A stretch of DNA of 64,000 nt from an uncultured Lachnospiraceae bacterium (GCA_963553525.1 CAUVOD010000004.1:2125-66124); one strand, 5' to 3'. Numbered from the stretch's first letter, positions 30,902 to 41,372 are shown. The notes: generated from the letters alone by a model not told the origin. Numbers and translations: made by a program.

Positions 30902-32179
30902 TTATTTTTTCAGGGTAAGTGTAATTTCCGGCGCTTCAACTACACTCACACCCTCCGGAACATTTACCTGTACGGTTGCGGTCAGCCTTTCCGGATAATT
31001 TCCCTCATAGTTCTTGAGCAGAGGCTCAAGATCAAGGCTCATGGTTATATTGTCCGCAGTCAACTTGTCCATTACATCGGATAAGCCTTTAAGACTTACA
31101 TTTATATTTTCCGTATCGGGAGTATATACCGCAGCCTCGGGCATATTGGTTATATTCAATTTGGAAACGTGCACTTCATAGGCTGCCTCAACCATGCGAT
31201 CTATCCCTATCAGTACCGTATAGATATTGCCGTTTTCATTTACAAGCGTTATCCCGTTCGGCAGGAACTGTCTTATATCTACCTTTGTGCTGAAGTCCTC
31301 GGTCATCTGTGTAATATCAAATCTTTCTCCGCCCGATATCACGATTTCATTTACATTTGAAATATCGGCATTCCTGCCCGCAATGTACACGGTTTCAGGT
31401 TCAATCTTGGGATCTTTGCTTACGACATATCCGTCAGCCGGAGTTCCGGTATATTCCAGTCTTACCTTGACAAGCTTCGCCTTGAGAATCTCTATATTCA
31501 CACTGACCGTGCTTATATTCTGCTTAATGCCGCTGTCATTGACTACATTTCCGTCTTTGTCATAAAGTATGATATCCGTTTCGGTAGATATATCCGATGT
31601 GAAGCCCGTTATATCAACATTTGCCACCGCCTTGTCTATGGTGTCTATTTTGGAAGCAAAGCCGCTCACTCTTACAAGGTTTTGAGAAGGGGATATATCT
31701 CCCGTTATATAACCGTCACTCAAAGAGCCCTCCGTGTTTACCTCAAGAGAAACAGTCCTGGTCCTGCTGTCTTCTATGGCAAGCTTGACGTCCTCTATGC
31801 TTCCGTGGACATTTTTTACCTCGGAATTATTTTTGGAAAGGGTTATATGTATGGGAACCATGTCCCTGCTGGTCACTTCCTCAAGATCGGCGGTTGCCGT
31901 TATATCGTCCCTCGTGAAGCTCTCAGCCACGGATCTGCTTGCGGTTATCGTAACGATGGGTATTATGTCCGTGTTTTCAAGAATTTCATACACCTGTCCC
32001 TTGGACGTTATGCTTGAGGCATTTAAAATGGTTACGGGTATATTACTGAAACGCACGGTTACAACAGGGTCGTTGTAATTGGTTATGATAAGCCATAAGA
32101 GTGTAGATAATACCACACTTGCAAGCTTCCATCCCCAGTTGTGTCTGGCTTTTTCCTTAAATGGGCTGTTTTGATTCAT
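30902..32179 (-). CDS. cdaR: CdaR/YbbR family diadenylate cyclase regulator
   Basis: N-terminal TM (NWGWKLASV..LW) and YbbR-like repeats; between cdaA and glmM. Confidence 0.85.
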   Translation of the reverse strand: MNQNSPFKEKARHNWGWKLASVVLSTLLWLIITNYNDPVVTVRFSNIPVTILNASSITSKGQVYEILENTDIIPIVTITASRSVAESFTRDDITATADLEEVTSRDMVPIHITLSKNNSEVKNVHGSIEDVKLAIEDSRTRTVSLEVNTEGSLSDGYITGDISPSQNLVRVSGFASKIDTIDKAVANVDITGFTSDISTETDIILYDKDGNVVNDSGIKQNISTVSVNIEILKAKLVKVRLEYTGTPADGYVVSKDPKIEPETVYIAGRNADISNVNEIVISGGERFDITQMTEDFSTKVDIRQFLPNGITLVNENGNIYTVLIGIDRMVEAAYEVHVSKLNITNMPEAAVYTPDTENINVSLKGLSDVMDKLTADNITMSLDLEPLLKNYEGNYPERLTATVQVNVPEGVSVVEAPEITLTLKK

Positions 32180-33036
32180 CTGTTCTTACCCCACTTAAAA
32201 AATTTTTTATCGTTTTCCTCCGAAGGCTTTGTCTGTATTTCCTTAAGAGCTTCCTTGAGTCTGTCCGAATCGACTCCCCTCTCAAGCTTTCCCGACATCG
32301 CTATGCTTACCTTTCCAGTTTCTTCCGATACGATAACCGTAAGCGCATCGGTAGCTTCCGACACCCCGAGTCCCGCCCTGTGTCTTGTTCCGAGGTTTTT
32401 ATCTATGGCGAGGTCGTTTGACAGCGGAAGATAACAGGTTGCACTCGTTATGCGGTCGTCCCTTACAATGACTGCGCCGTCGTGAAGCGGGGTATTATGT
32501 TCAAAAATATTTATCAGAAGCTGACTGGATACCTTTGCGTCCACATCAATTCCGGTACGCTCATAATCGCCAAGCGAATCTTTGTTTTTCACCACTATAA
32601 GAGCTCCGGTCCTGACCTTTGCCATCTCAAACGACGCTCTTACTATCTCATTTATCGTTTTGTCGGAATAATTTCCCGACTGCCTTGAATCGAACAAGAA
32701 CAGTCCCGAAAAGCGGCTCCTTCTGCCTAAGCCTTCAAGAGCCTTCCTAAGCTCGGGCTGCAATATGACTATAAACGTGATGACGGCAATTCCGAAAACC
32801 TTTTCGACTATCCATATTATGGTAGTCATATTGAATATAATTGCGAGTCCTATAAATACAAGAATAGTCACTATTCCTCTGAACAGCGACCAGATAGTGG
32901 TTTTTCTCGACCAAACCAGAAAATGATAGATTACATAGCTTATAATCAGTATTTCGACAACATCCGTAAGCCTAACATTAGGCACATACATATTATACAG
33001 ATTATGTTGAAAAAAAAGCTGTAATTGCTGTAACAT
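32176..33036 (-). CDS. cdaA: Diadenylate cyclase
   Basis: 3 TM, LQPELR, NTPLHDGAV, LGTRHRA, VSEETG. Confidence 0.96.
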   Translation of the reverse strand: MLQQLQLFFQHNLYNMYVPNVRLTDVVEILIISYVIYHFLVWSRKTTIWSLFRGIVTILVFIGLAIIFNMTTIIWIVEKVFGIAVITFIVILQPELRKALEGLGRRSRFSGLFLFDSRQSGNYSDKTINEIVRASFEMAKVRTGALIVVKNKDSLGDYERTGIDVDAKVSSQLLINIFEHNTPLHDGAVIVRDDRITSATCYLPLSNDLAIDKNLGTRHRAGLGVSEATDALTVIVSEETGKVSIAMSGKLERGVDSDRLKEALKEIQTKPSEENDKKFFKWGKNR

Positions 33037-33070
33037 TTTATCTCTCTGCTCTTATGATCACAATGCCATG

Positions 33071-34108
33071 TTAACGATGCAGCCTGTTGTTCGTTTCCCT
33101 GCCCGATCTTCCGCGAGACTGATCTCCATAGCTCTGAGACGGCCTCCTTGCCTCGGAAGAAGCTCCCACGCTTCTGTTTATGCTTTTTGATCTGGGACTT
33201 TTTTCATTCAATACGTATTTAGGAACAGCCTTGACATAATAATAATATTCATCATCCTCGAATTGGGTGATTTCTATATGAGAATAATCAACATTAAACA
33301 CCAAAAATATTATCACGGTTCCTAAAGCGGCTCCCAGTACGGTTCCTATTATAGCGCCTATAATTCCTACGTTGGCGTCAAGGGCAACCTTGCCTATCAA
33401 TAAGACTATCAGTTCGATAAATGCACCGGCTCCCACCGCCACCTGCCATGCCTTATTTATGGAAAGTCTTTTTATCACATATATAGAAATAGCCGCAAGG
33501 GCAAGCCCTACGCAGTATACAATTACGGTTTTATCATGTGTAAAGCCTCCTATAATGCTCTGTATCCTTCCCAAGGATTCCTCCGCACCCTCCACATTTT
33601 CAATAGAGGAAGCTTCCGCGCTCCCTACCACGAATTTCAGGAAAAACCATATAACAGTTCCGAAGCACATGGACACGGCTGAAACCGGAGTAAATACAAG
33701 TCCCACCACAAAAGGAATTACCGTGGGTATGTGCAGCTGAAAAAGAATGGGGGTAAGAAGCAGTACCGCCGCATCATGAGGCGAAAAATGATAATACACA
33801 AGGTAAAGGGAAACGAAAATGACCATGGCAAGTATGCAGCTTTCCACGGAAAATGTATACAAATGAACCAGAATAAGCATTCCGCAAAAGAACGCCGTAA
33901 ATCCCAAAGGCAAAACTATACAGAGCAGCGAAAGTAAAAAAGTCACAACTATGGAATTTAGAGACTCATTAAATCCCATTCGTGAATTTATCATAAAGAC
34001 TGCCGTAAATGCGGTCAAAAAACGAGCCGCAAAAATTATCAATCTTTCATATTTTGTATAAAAAACCTTGACTGCCCGCCTCAGTTCAAATAGTGATGTT
34101 ATATCCAT
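33071..34108 (-). CDS. Conserved multi-pass membrane protein
   Basis: Many TM segments; C-terminal QFEDDEYYYYVKAVPK. Confidence 0.8.
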   Translation of the reverse strand: MDITSLFELRRAVKVFYTKYERLIIFAARFLTAFTAVFMINSRMGFNESLNSIVVTFLLSLLCIVLPLGFTAFFCGMLILVHLYTFSVESCILAMVIFVSLYLVYYHFSPHDAAVLLLTPILFQLHIPTVIPFVVGLVFTPVSAVSMCFGTVIWFFLKFVVGSAEASSIENVEGAEESLGRIQSIIGGFTHDKTVIVYCVGLALAAISIYVIKRLSINKAWQVAVGAGAFIELIVLLIGKVALDANVGIIGAIIGTVLGAALGTVIIFLVFNVDYSHIEITQFEDDEYYYYVKAVPKYVLNEKSPRSKSINRSVGASSEARRPSQSYGDQSRGRSGRETNNRLHR

Positions 34109-34506
34109 TAATTTCCTCTTGTGCTGTAATAATTATCAAGCTTTTTCAAGTCGCTGTAATATGCTCCGATCCTTTTCCTCATTCTGCGATACCTGACTGA
34201 ATATGTGATATAAGTTATCGCAATGTACAGAATAAGCACAAAAAAATACATTATTATGTACGGCTTAAGCTCCGAAATAATACTTCCCCCGCTGTAAAAC
34301 GAGTCCAGGAGCTTATTAAAATTAAACAGCGCATAAGAGCCGAAAAGCATCACACAAAAAACAGTAGCGGCTATGAAAGATCTGAAAATCTCAAATCCTA
34401 TATAGTCACCACGATAATATTGATTGACTCTTCTTCCGCTTTTTTCAAGCTTGTCCGCCTGTATGGACATGCGAGTCATTAATATAACTTTTTCTTCGCT
34501 TATCAT
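34108..34506 (-). CDS. Conserved membrane hypothetical protein
   Basis: MISEEKVILMTR..YYRGDYI; two TM segments; coupled to next gene. Confidence 0.75.
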   Translation of the reverse strand: MISEEKVILMTRMSIQADKLEKSGRRVNQYYRGDYIGFEIFRSFIAATVFCVMLFGSYALFNFNKLLDSFYSGGSIISELKPYIIMYFFVLILYIAITYITYSVRYRRMRKRIGAYYSDLKKLDNYYSTRGN

Positions 34507-34514
34507 ACCTTGTC

Positions 34515-34937
34515 TTAGCCTTTGATAAAGCGCATGCTCGCTTTGCTGTCGGTCGGTTTCGGCGAACGCGACGCCTGCTCATCCTGTTTTTTGGCATCAA
34601 AATCCGCTTTTATACCGTTAAGATTTCCTGTCAGCTTCGCTTTGCAGTTATCGCAAAATCTCCCCACATGTATGGGCGCCCCGCAGCTGTCACATGAAAG
34701 AACTCCTGAACCCTTTGCAAACTGAAGACGCTCCTCGCGCACCCATTGCTTAATCTGCTTTTCCGAAACATTGCATTCTTCTGAAACTTCTCTTAATCCC
34801 TTATCGGGATTTTCTCTTATAAACGCTTTTACATCTTGAAACTGATTTTCAAGTTCTTTTCTGCATACTTCACATATCGGTCTTCCCGCTACGTAATTAA
34901 ATATTCTTCCACATCTGCCGCAATTTCTGACTCCCAT
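34515..34937 (-). CDS. Flagellar operon zinc-ribbon protein (YvyF/TIGR03826-like)
   Basis: NCGRCGRIFNY..ICEVC, WVREERL, CDSCGAPI..GRFCDNC; follows comF. Confidence 0.85.
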   Translation of the reverse strand: MGVRNCGRCGRIFNYVAGRPICEVCRKELENQFQDVKAFIRENPDKGLREVSEECNVSEKQIKQWVREERLQFAKGSGVLSCDSCGAPIHVGRFCDNCKAKLTGNLNGIKADFDAKKQDEQASRSPKPTDSKASMRFIKG

Positions 34938-34983
34938 AACACATACCTCCGACCGACTCGTATAAATTAAAAAACCGGTCTTT

Positions 34984-35793
34984 TCAATATTGTCTGCCTA
35001 CACCGATTGCAAGAGTAAATACATGAATATTCTCTGCACCCTTTGCCCTAAGCAGCGCCGACACGGCATCGACGGTACTTCCGCTTGTGTAAATATCATC
35101 AACCACGGCAACGTTACCTAATGATACATCATTTGAGCGTATATTAAAAGCATTTTTCAAATTTTCACGCCTCATAACCGCTCCGAGTCCCTTTTGCGGG
35201 CTTGTAGCCTTTGTTCTGAATACCAGATCCGATCTCACCGGAGTACCGCTTATTTTGGACAGCTCACGGGCAAAAAGCTCCGCCTGATTGTAACCTCTGC
35301 TCCTTTTTTTATCCTCATGAAGCGGAACGGGAATTAAAGCCTCTATCCTTTTACCATAGGCAAAAATTCCGCAAATATCAGACTTATTCAAAGCGGATTT
35401 TATTCTCAGCCCGTACTTTTCTTCTGCATAGAAGCCTGCAAAACACCTTGCATAAAATTCCGCATACTCTTTTCTTCCCGTATACTTAAACCTGTATATG
35501 GACTTTGCAGCGCTTTTATAATCAAAAAGAGAATAGCCTCTGTCAAAAAAATGCGGCGTAACGGAGCAGTCGAAACAAAATTCCTTATTTTCATCTCTGC
35601 CGTAAAGCGGCTTTCCACATTTAAAGCACCTGTTCGGAGAGGAGATCTTAAAGCCTCTTTTGCAATCATTACAGATATAGGCGCCGAAGGGTGATGTGGC
35701 GTCGTCGCAATAGGGACAGCGCCGTGGAAACGGCACGTTCAGCATCAAGCGCAATATTTTATTTTCGGAAATTAAATTAAGAATATTATTCAC
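34984..35793 (-). CDS. comF: ComF family protein
   Basis: Double zinc ribbon, PVPLH, RGYNQA, VDDIYTSGST. Confidence 0.9.
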   Translation of the reverse strand: MNNILNLISENKILRLMLNVPFPRRCPYCDDATSPFGAYICNDCKRGFKISSPNRCFKCGKPLYGRDENKEFCFDCSVTPHFFDRGYSLFDYKSAAKSIYRFKYTGRKEYAEFYARCFAGFYAEEKYGLRIKSALNKSDICGIFAYGKRIEALIPVPLHEDKKRSRGYNQAELFARELSKISGTPVRSDLVFRTKATSPQKGLGAVMRRENLKNAFNIRSNDVSLGNVAVVDDIYTSGSTVDAVSALLRAKGAENIHVFTLAIGVGRQY

Positions 35794-35823
35794 GGTTTAA
35801 GAAAATCTGAGAATATAAAGAAT

Positions 35824-38103
35824 TTAATTCAGCAAAGCTATCTGTTCTCTGAGTCCTGTATATCTTTCGCTCTGATCCTTGTTTGCGATCATTTCATTAA
35901 CTGTTTCTTTGTCACCTACAATAACAACCAGTCTTTTTGCTCTTGTAACCGCCGTATACAGCAGATTTCTGTTCATTAGAGGCTTAGGTCCTCCGACCAG
36001 AGGCAAAACAACCGCCGGGTACTCGCTGCCTTGACTCTTATGTATGGTTACGGCATATGCCAGCTCGAGCTCATCAGCTTCCTTGAAGCTGTAGCTTACA
36101 AGCCTGCTGTCGTCAAATTCCACACTGATACAGCCGGACATTTTATCAATGCGTTTTATGACTCCCAGATCGCCGTTAAAGACTCCTTTTCCTCTTTCTA
36201 TAACTAGATTGTGAAGTCCTATACATTCCCATTCTATGTTGTAATTGTTTTTTATCTGCATGACCTTGTCTCCCTCGCGGAAAACACGATCACCGAAAAT
36301 CTGTTCCTTTTTGGAGTCGTCTCCGGGATTTAAATATGTCTGGAGCACATTATTTAAAGCATGAACCCCGAGATCACCCTTTTTCATGGGTGTGAGCACC
36401 TGAATCTGATCCGGAGAAACTTCAAGATAAGGAGGCAGCTTGTCTCTTACCAGCTGCACTATCGTACCCGTTGCGGACATGGCGTCGGTTCTTTCCATAA
36501 AAAAGAAATCTTTTCCGCCGCTGCCTAAATTTATACGTTCTCCCCTATCTATGGAATGAGCGTTTATTACAATATCCGAGGCTTCCTCCTGCCTGAATAT
36601 CTTATCAAGGACAACCGTTGAAAAGCGTTTTGAAGCAATCAGATCCCTAAGCACCTGACCGGCTCCCACACTTGAAAGCTGCGACGCATCTCCCACGAAT
36701 ATCAGTCTCATTCCCGCAGTACAAGCCTTTAAGAGGGCGTAAAAAAGGTATATGTCCACCATGGACATTTCATCGACTATAACCGCATCATATTCCAGGG
36801 GATTATTTTCATTTTTAGTAAATCTGGCCCTAAGCTCTCCGTCACCCGTATCTATGGCTTCAACCTCAAGAAGTCTGTGCAGGGTGCTTGCTTCATGCCC
36901 CGTAGCCTCCTTCATTCTCTTGGCGGCTCTTCCGGTAGGCGCTGCAAGCGCAACCTCCATGCCTCTTTCAAAAAAAAGTCTCAGAATGCAGTTTATGGCG
37001 GTGGTTTTCCCCGTTCCCGGTCCTCCGGTTATTATGACCACTCCATCCGTTATGCTCTGGACGACAGCCAGTCTCTGCATTTTATCGAGACTGATGTCAA
37101 GTGCACGTTCCGCCTCTCTTATCTCTTCGTCAAGCCTTGCTTCATCCTCTTTATGACCTTCCTCATCCCTGTAATAAGCGAAGGTATCCGCATATCTTCC
37201 GAGCAGCTGGGCGCTTTGATGCTCCGCTATATATGTCCTTACATCATAGATCCTTACCGTGCTTGAAGAAAGCGACTTTTCGTTTGCATCATTATCAGGC
37301 ATGATGCAGCGTATTTTTCCCGAAGCTTGAAGCTCATGCAAAAAGCCCTCCAAAGCTTCATCGTCAATATCTATACCGAGGAGCTTTCTGACAGAACGGC
37401 ACAATATATCCGCCGGCAGACAGCAATGCCCCTCTCTTCCCGCAAGCAGCAGAGTATATAAAATCCCTCCCTTTATCCTGTATTCGCTGTCGGCTGCAAA
37501 ACCGCCTCTGAACGCTATTTCATCAGCTCTTTTAAAGCCGACTCCGTCTATTTCGTCGGCAAGCTTATAAGGATCTTCTTTCAATACGGAATATATTTTA
37601 TCCCCATATTTTTTTACAAGCCTGTTTGCAAGGCTCCCGTTTATACCGTATTCCTGCATGAAGATAAGAGGCGCTCTTTCAGCCTTTTTTTCCTGCATTG
37701 AAACGGCTATTTCTCTTGCCTTGTTTAAGCTTATTCCCCTAACCCTGGAAAGAAGCTCCGGCTCCTCCTCTATGATCCTGAACGCTTCCTCTCCGAATTC
37801 CCTCACTATCCTCTTTGCAAGTGAAGGACCTATGCCTTTTACCGCACCGCCGGCAAGGTATTTTTCTATTTGATCCGTACTTTCAGGCATAATTATGCGA
37901 AATGACGACACCTTAAATTGAGGACCGTAGACCGAATGAGCCGACATCACACCCTCACATTCAATCATATCCCCTACACCCGCAATGTTAATCGCTCCGA
38001 CGCAGGTAAGCTCATTACCTTCGCTTTCAAGCTCAATAACCGTGTACGAGCCGTCCTCGCTGCTGTAAATTATATTTGTTACATAGCCCTTAATGATTTC
38101 CAT
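35824..38103 (-). CDS. recD2: ATP-dependent RecD-like helicase
   Basis: HhH GIGP, GGPGTGKTT, VDEMSM, YAVTIHKSQGSEY, LYTAVTRA; start taken at ATG 38103. Confidence 0.94.
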   Translation of the reverse strand: MEIIKGYVTNIIYSSEDGSYTVIELESEGNELTCVGAINIAGVGDMIECEGVMSAHSVYGPQFKVSSFRIIMPESTDQIEKYLAGGAVKGIGPSLAKRIVREFGEEAFRIIEEEPELLSRVRGISLNKAREIAVSMQEKKAERAPLIFMQEYGINGSLANRLVKKYGDKIYSVLKEDPYKLADEIDGVGFKRADEIAFRGGFAADSEYRIKGGILYTLLLAGREGHCCLPADILCRSVRKLLGIDIDDEALEGFLHELQASGKIRCIMPDNDANEKSLSSSTVRIYDVRTYIAEHQSAQLLGRYADTFAYYRDEEGHKEDEARLDEEIREAERALDISLDKMQRLAVVQSITDGVVIITGGPGTGKTTAINCILRLFFERGMEVALAAPTGRAAKRMKEATGHEASTLHRLLEVEAIDTGDGELRARFTKNENNPLEYDAVIVDEMSMVDIYLFYALLKACTAGMRLIFVGDASQLSSVGAGQVLRDLIASKRFSTVVLDKIFRQEEASDIVINAHSIDRGERINLGSGGKDFFFMERTDAMSATGTIVQLVRDKLPPYLEVSPDQIQVLTPMKKGDLGVHALNNVLQTYLNPGDDSKKEQIFGDRVFREGDKVMQIKNNYNIEWECIGLHNLVIERGKGVFNGDLGVIKRIDKMSGCISVEFDDSRLVSYSFKEADELELAYAVTIHKSQGSEYPAVVLPLVGGPKPLMNRNLLYTAVTRAKRLVVIVGDKETVNEMIANKDQSERYTGLREQIALLN

Positions 38104-38211
38104 AAAGAAATAGTTTGAGTTTCTTTCCGAGATTTTGATAAATGAACATCGCGATTGCGAGACATCACAATTGTGAAATATCACAATCATGATATTGAGA
38201 TATTTTAACAA

Positions 38212-38245
38212 AAATAAGACGGTATTGCAAAATACCGTCTTATTT
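38212..38245 (-). terminator. Intrinsic terminator of mbl-flgJ operon
   Basis: 15-bp perfect stem AAATAAGACGGTATT/AATACCGTCTTATTT just after the flgJ stop. Confidence 0.85.
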
Positions 38246-38250
38246 CATCA

Positions 38251-38649
38251 TTATTCCGCTTTTTTTATGGAATCCGCCGAAATTCCTCTGGTATGCTTAA
38301 GATTTTCATACATCATCTGCGCTATTCCAAGCGGAGATCTGTCGGTAGAAGATTTGCAAAGCTGCGTAACGGTACTTTCCTTAAAAAAGGATACGACCTG
38401 GCTTACAGAAGAATTTTTATCCTTATCTTTGCTGAAAATATCAACGGTTTTCTGCATTTCCTTCATAACCTGCTCGAGAAGATATGACTCAAACTGTTTG
38501 CAGGCGTCCATAAGCTCTTCATCGGTCGTCGCATCACCCGCCTTTGAGGCTGCGCCCTTAAGCTTTTCCACATTGGATGCGGAGCTTTGCTCCAATGTGC
38601 GCTGATATGAAATTTCAGCTCCTGACAGGGAACCCATTTCAAATGACAT
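38251..38649 (-). CDS. flgJ: Rod-binding protein (FlgJ N-terminal type)
   Basis: LMDACKQFESYLL..VMKEM, LGIAQMMYE; follows flgG. Confidence 0.85.
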   Translation of the reverse strand: MSFEMGSLSGAEISYQRTLEQSSASNVEKLKGAASKAGDATTDEELMDACKQFESYLLEQVMKEMQKTVDIFSKDKDKNSSVSQVVSFFKESTVTQLCKSSTDRSPLGIAQMMYENLKHTRGISADSIKKAE

Positions 38650-38666
38650 AATATTCTCCTACTTAC

Positions 38667-39488
38667 TTATCTTTTAAGCTGATTTGCGGTCTGCATCATT
38701 TCATCAGTGGTGGTTATCGACTTCGAATTCATCTCATAAGCACGCTGTGCCACTATCAAATTAACCATCTCGGTCGCTATATCAACGCTGCTGTTTTCCA
38801 GATAACCGGGAGCAAGAGAGCTCTTTACAAGCTGATTGTTGGTATTTTCGTTGAGAGCCGGTCCCGAAGCGTCGGTGACTTCAAACGCCGTATTTCCTAC
38901 CCTCTTCAATCCGCCGAAATTGCTGAACTGCCAAAGACCTATTTTTATATTGAGCGAGCGTTCCTGACCGTTTGCATCGGGATAAGATATCGTGCCGTCC
39001 TTTCCTATCTTCAAACGCGCCGAATTTCTTCCGCCCGTTACTCTTATTTCTCTTCCGTTTACATCAAGAACGGGATTACCGTTGGATGTGGTAAGTACAA
39101 GCTCGGAATTATTGGAGCCCATAGCCCAGGTAAAATCACCGTTTCTGGTATAAAGAGTTTTTCCGTTGGTATCGCGGAAGGCGAATAAACCTTCGCCCTG
39201 AATTCCGATATCGTCATTCGATTCGGTTGCGAGCAGGGATCCCTGTTTAAACAAATTGTTTATAGAAGAAACTCTTACTCCGAGTCCGACCTCCGAATCC
39301 GTAGGCTTGGTTTGAAGATTAGCCGTTGTGGATGGAGATTGAAGTTCCTGATAGAGAAGTGATTTAAACTGTGCAGCCTGAGCCTTAAAGCCGGCGGAAT
39401 TTACGTTGGCGAGATTGTTTGCTATCGTGTCAACATTTGTCTGCTGTGCATTCATTCCCGCTGCACCCGTCCATAAGCTTCTTACCAT
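38667..39488 (-). CDS. flgG: Flagellar basal-body rod protein
   Basis: ANNLANVN, YTRNGDF, LENSSV...EMVNLIVAQRAYEMNSK. Confidence 0.88.
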   Translation of the reverse strand: MVRSLWTGAAGMNAQQTNVDTIANNLANVNSAGFKAQAAQFKSLLYQELQSPSTTANLQTKPTDSEVGLGVRVSSINNLFKQGSLLATESNDDIGIQGEGLFAFRDTNGKTLYTRNGDFTWAMGSNNSELVLTTSNGNPVLDVNGREIRVTGGRNSARLKIGKDGTISYPDANGQERSLNIKIGLWQFSNFGGLKRVGNTAFEVTDASGPALNENTNNQLVKSSLAPGYLENSSVDIATEMVNLIVAQRAYEMNSKSITTTDEMMQTANQLKR

Positions 39489-39542
39489 AATCCGTTCTCC
39501 CTTCGTATATCAATCCGTTAAGATGATAAATCTCTTTTTGTC

Positions 39543-40349
39543 TTATTTAAGCAGTCCTACCTGCGTAGTTGATGTGGTCAGCGTATCATCCACAGTTTTT
39601 ATCATTGTGGAATTGGCTTCATACTGTCTTTGTATCGCAATCATGTTGACCATTTCATCCACCGTGGATACGTTTGACATTTCCAGATAGCCGGAATTGA
39701 CCGACGCCGTGGGTGCAGTTTCCACCGCTCCCTCAACAGCCTCAAACATATTTTCTCCGTATCTGCTCAGATAATCGTAATTTTCAAAATCGGTAATTCC
39801 GATATTGGCTACAACCTGTCCGTTCTGCCTTATCTCTCCCTGAGTATTTATGCTTGTATCGGTTCTTGTGGGATCAATCCTTATATGATTTCCGTTCCTG
39901 TCAAGCACGAAGTCACCGTCATGAGTTACAAGCTCTCCGTCTTTTGTCAGAGAAAAATTACCGTCCCTCGTATACATTACCGAGGTTTGATTTGCCGTAT
40001 CTCTCCGAGCGTTTATAGACTTGTTGGTGTACTCTATATTGAAAAAGCCTTTACCGGAAAGAGCAAGATCGAAGGTGTTGTCGGTTGCACGAAAAGAACC
40101 CTGCGACCAGTCTATATAGGTCTCACCGAGCTTTACTCCGAGATTCATATTGCCTATGCCCCTTGCCGTATGCGGAGCTTCCGAAAAGTCCTTTATCTTA
40201 TATGCCAGAACCGTTGAAAACTGCTGTGAAACGGTTCCCTCTTTTTTAAATCCGGTAGTGTTTACATTAGCCAGATTATTTGTCGTTACATCCATGCGGT
40301 TTTGTTCATTCCGCATGCCCGCATGTGCGGCATAAAGACCCTTTACCAT
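39543..40349 (-). CDS. flgF: Flagellar hook-basal body (FlgF/FlgG-like) protein
   Basis: NNLANVNTTGFK, YTRDGNF, LEMSNV..EMV.MI..QRQYE. Confidence 0.75.
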   Translation of the reverse strand: MVKGLYAAHAGMRNEQNRMDVTTNNLANVNTTGFKKEGTVSQQFSTVLAYKIKDFSEAPHTARGIGNMNLGVKLGETYIDWSQGSFRATDNTFDLALSGKGFFNIEYTNKSINARRDTANQTSVMYTRDGNFSLTKDGELVTHDGDFVLDRNGNHIRIDPTRTDTSINTQGEIRQNGQVVANIGITDFENYDYLSRYGENMFEAVEGAVETAPTASVNSGYLEMSNVSTVDEMVNMIAIQRQYEANSTMIKTVDDTLTTSTTQVGLLK

Positions 40350-40391
40350 TTTTGACCTCTCAATATTTTTGACAGCTTATAAAAACTCATA

Positions 40392-41372
40392 TTATCCGGC
40401 AAGAAATTCCACATATCTTCCCGTACCTACGGCGACGGCGGTCATCGGATCCTCCGCTGTAACCGTATTGATCCCGGTTCTTGAAGTGATAAGATCCTCA
40501 AGTCCTCTGAGCAGCGCTCCTCCGCCCGTAAGGACTATACCCCTGTCCGCAATATCCGCGGCAAGTTCCGGAGGAGTTCTTTCCAGAACCGAATGTATGG
40601 CTTCTATTATCTGAGCGGTTGAATCTCTCAGGGCTTCCTCGGTTTCCTCACTTGAAACCTTTACGGTCTTGGGAAGTCCGGTTACGAGATTTCTTCCGCT
40701 GACATCCATATAATCTATTTCAGCCTTGGGATAGGCGCTTCCTATCTTTATCTTTATATCCTCGGCTCTGCGCTCGCCTATCAGAAGATTGTGCTTCTTG
40801 CGCATATAGCGTACTATAGCGTCGTCAAAATCGTCGCCTGCAATTTTTATGGAGTCCGATACGACGGTTCCTCCGAGGGATATAACGGCAACGTCGCTTG
40901 TACCTCCGCCTATATCCACGACCATATTTCCGCAGGGCTTGGTGATATCGATTCCCGCTCCTATCGCCGCCGCTATGGGCTCTTCAATGATGCGGACATC
41001 TCTTGCTCCGGCCTGAAGCGTGGCGTCTTCAACCGCCTTTCTTTCAACCTCGGTTACTCCGGACGGCACGCAGACGGCTATCAAAGGCTTGCGCCATGAT
41101 CTTCTGCCTATAGCCTTGTTGATGAAATGCTTCATCATGCGCTCTGTGACCTTATAGTCGGAAATAACTCCCTGTCTGAGAGGTCTGACAGCTATAATAT
41201 TGCCGGGAGTACGACCGAGCATAAGCCTGGCGTCTTCTCCGATAGCCTTTATTTCATCCGTATCTCTGTCATAGGCGACAACCGAAGGCTCTTTTAAAAC
41301 AACCCCCTTGCCCCTTATATATACAAGAATTGAGGCTGTTCCCAAATCTATTCCAATATCGGTAAATTGCAT
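40392..41372 (-). CDS. mbl: MreB-like rod shape protein (Mbl)
   Basis: IGIDLGTA, EPSVVA, VDIGGGTS, LTGGGALL; heads the mbl-flgJ operon. Confidence 0.9.
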   Translation of the reverse strand: MQFTDIGIDLGTASILVYIRGKGVVLKEPSVVAYDRDTDEIKAIGEDARLMLGRTPGNIIAVRPLRQGVISDYKVTERMMKHFINKAIGRRSWRKPLIAVCVPSGVTEVERKAVEDATLQAGARDVRIIEEPIAAAIGAGIDITKPCGNMVVDIGGGTSDVAVISLGGTVVSDSIKIAGDDFDDAIVRYMRKKHNLLIGERRAEDIKIKIGSAYPKAEIDYMDVSGRNLVTGLPKTVKVSSEETEEALRDSTAQIIEAIHSVLERTPPELAADIADRGIVLTGGGALLRGLEDLITSRTGINTVTAEDPMTAVAVGTGRYVEFLAG

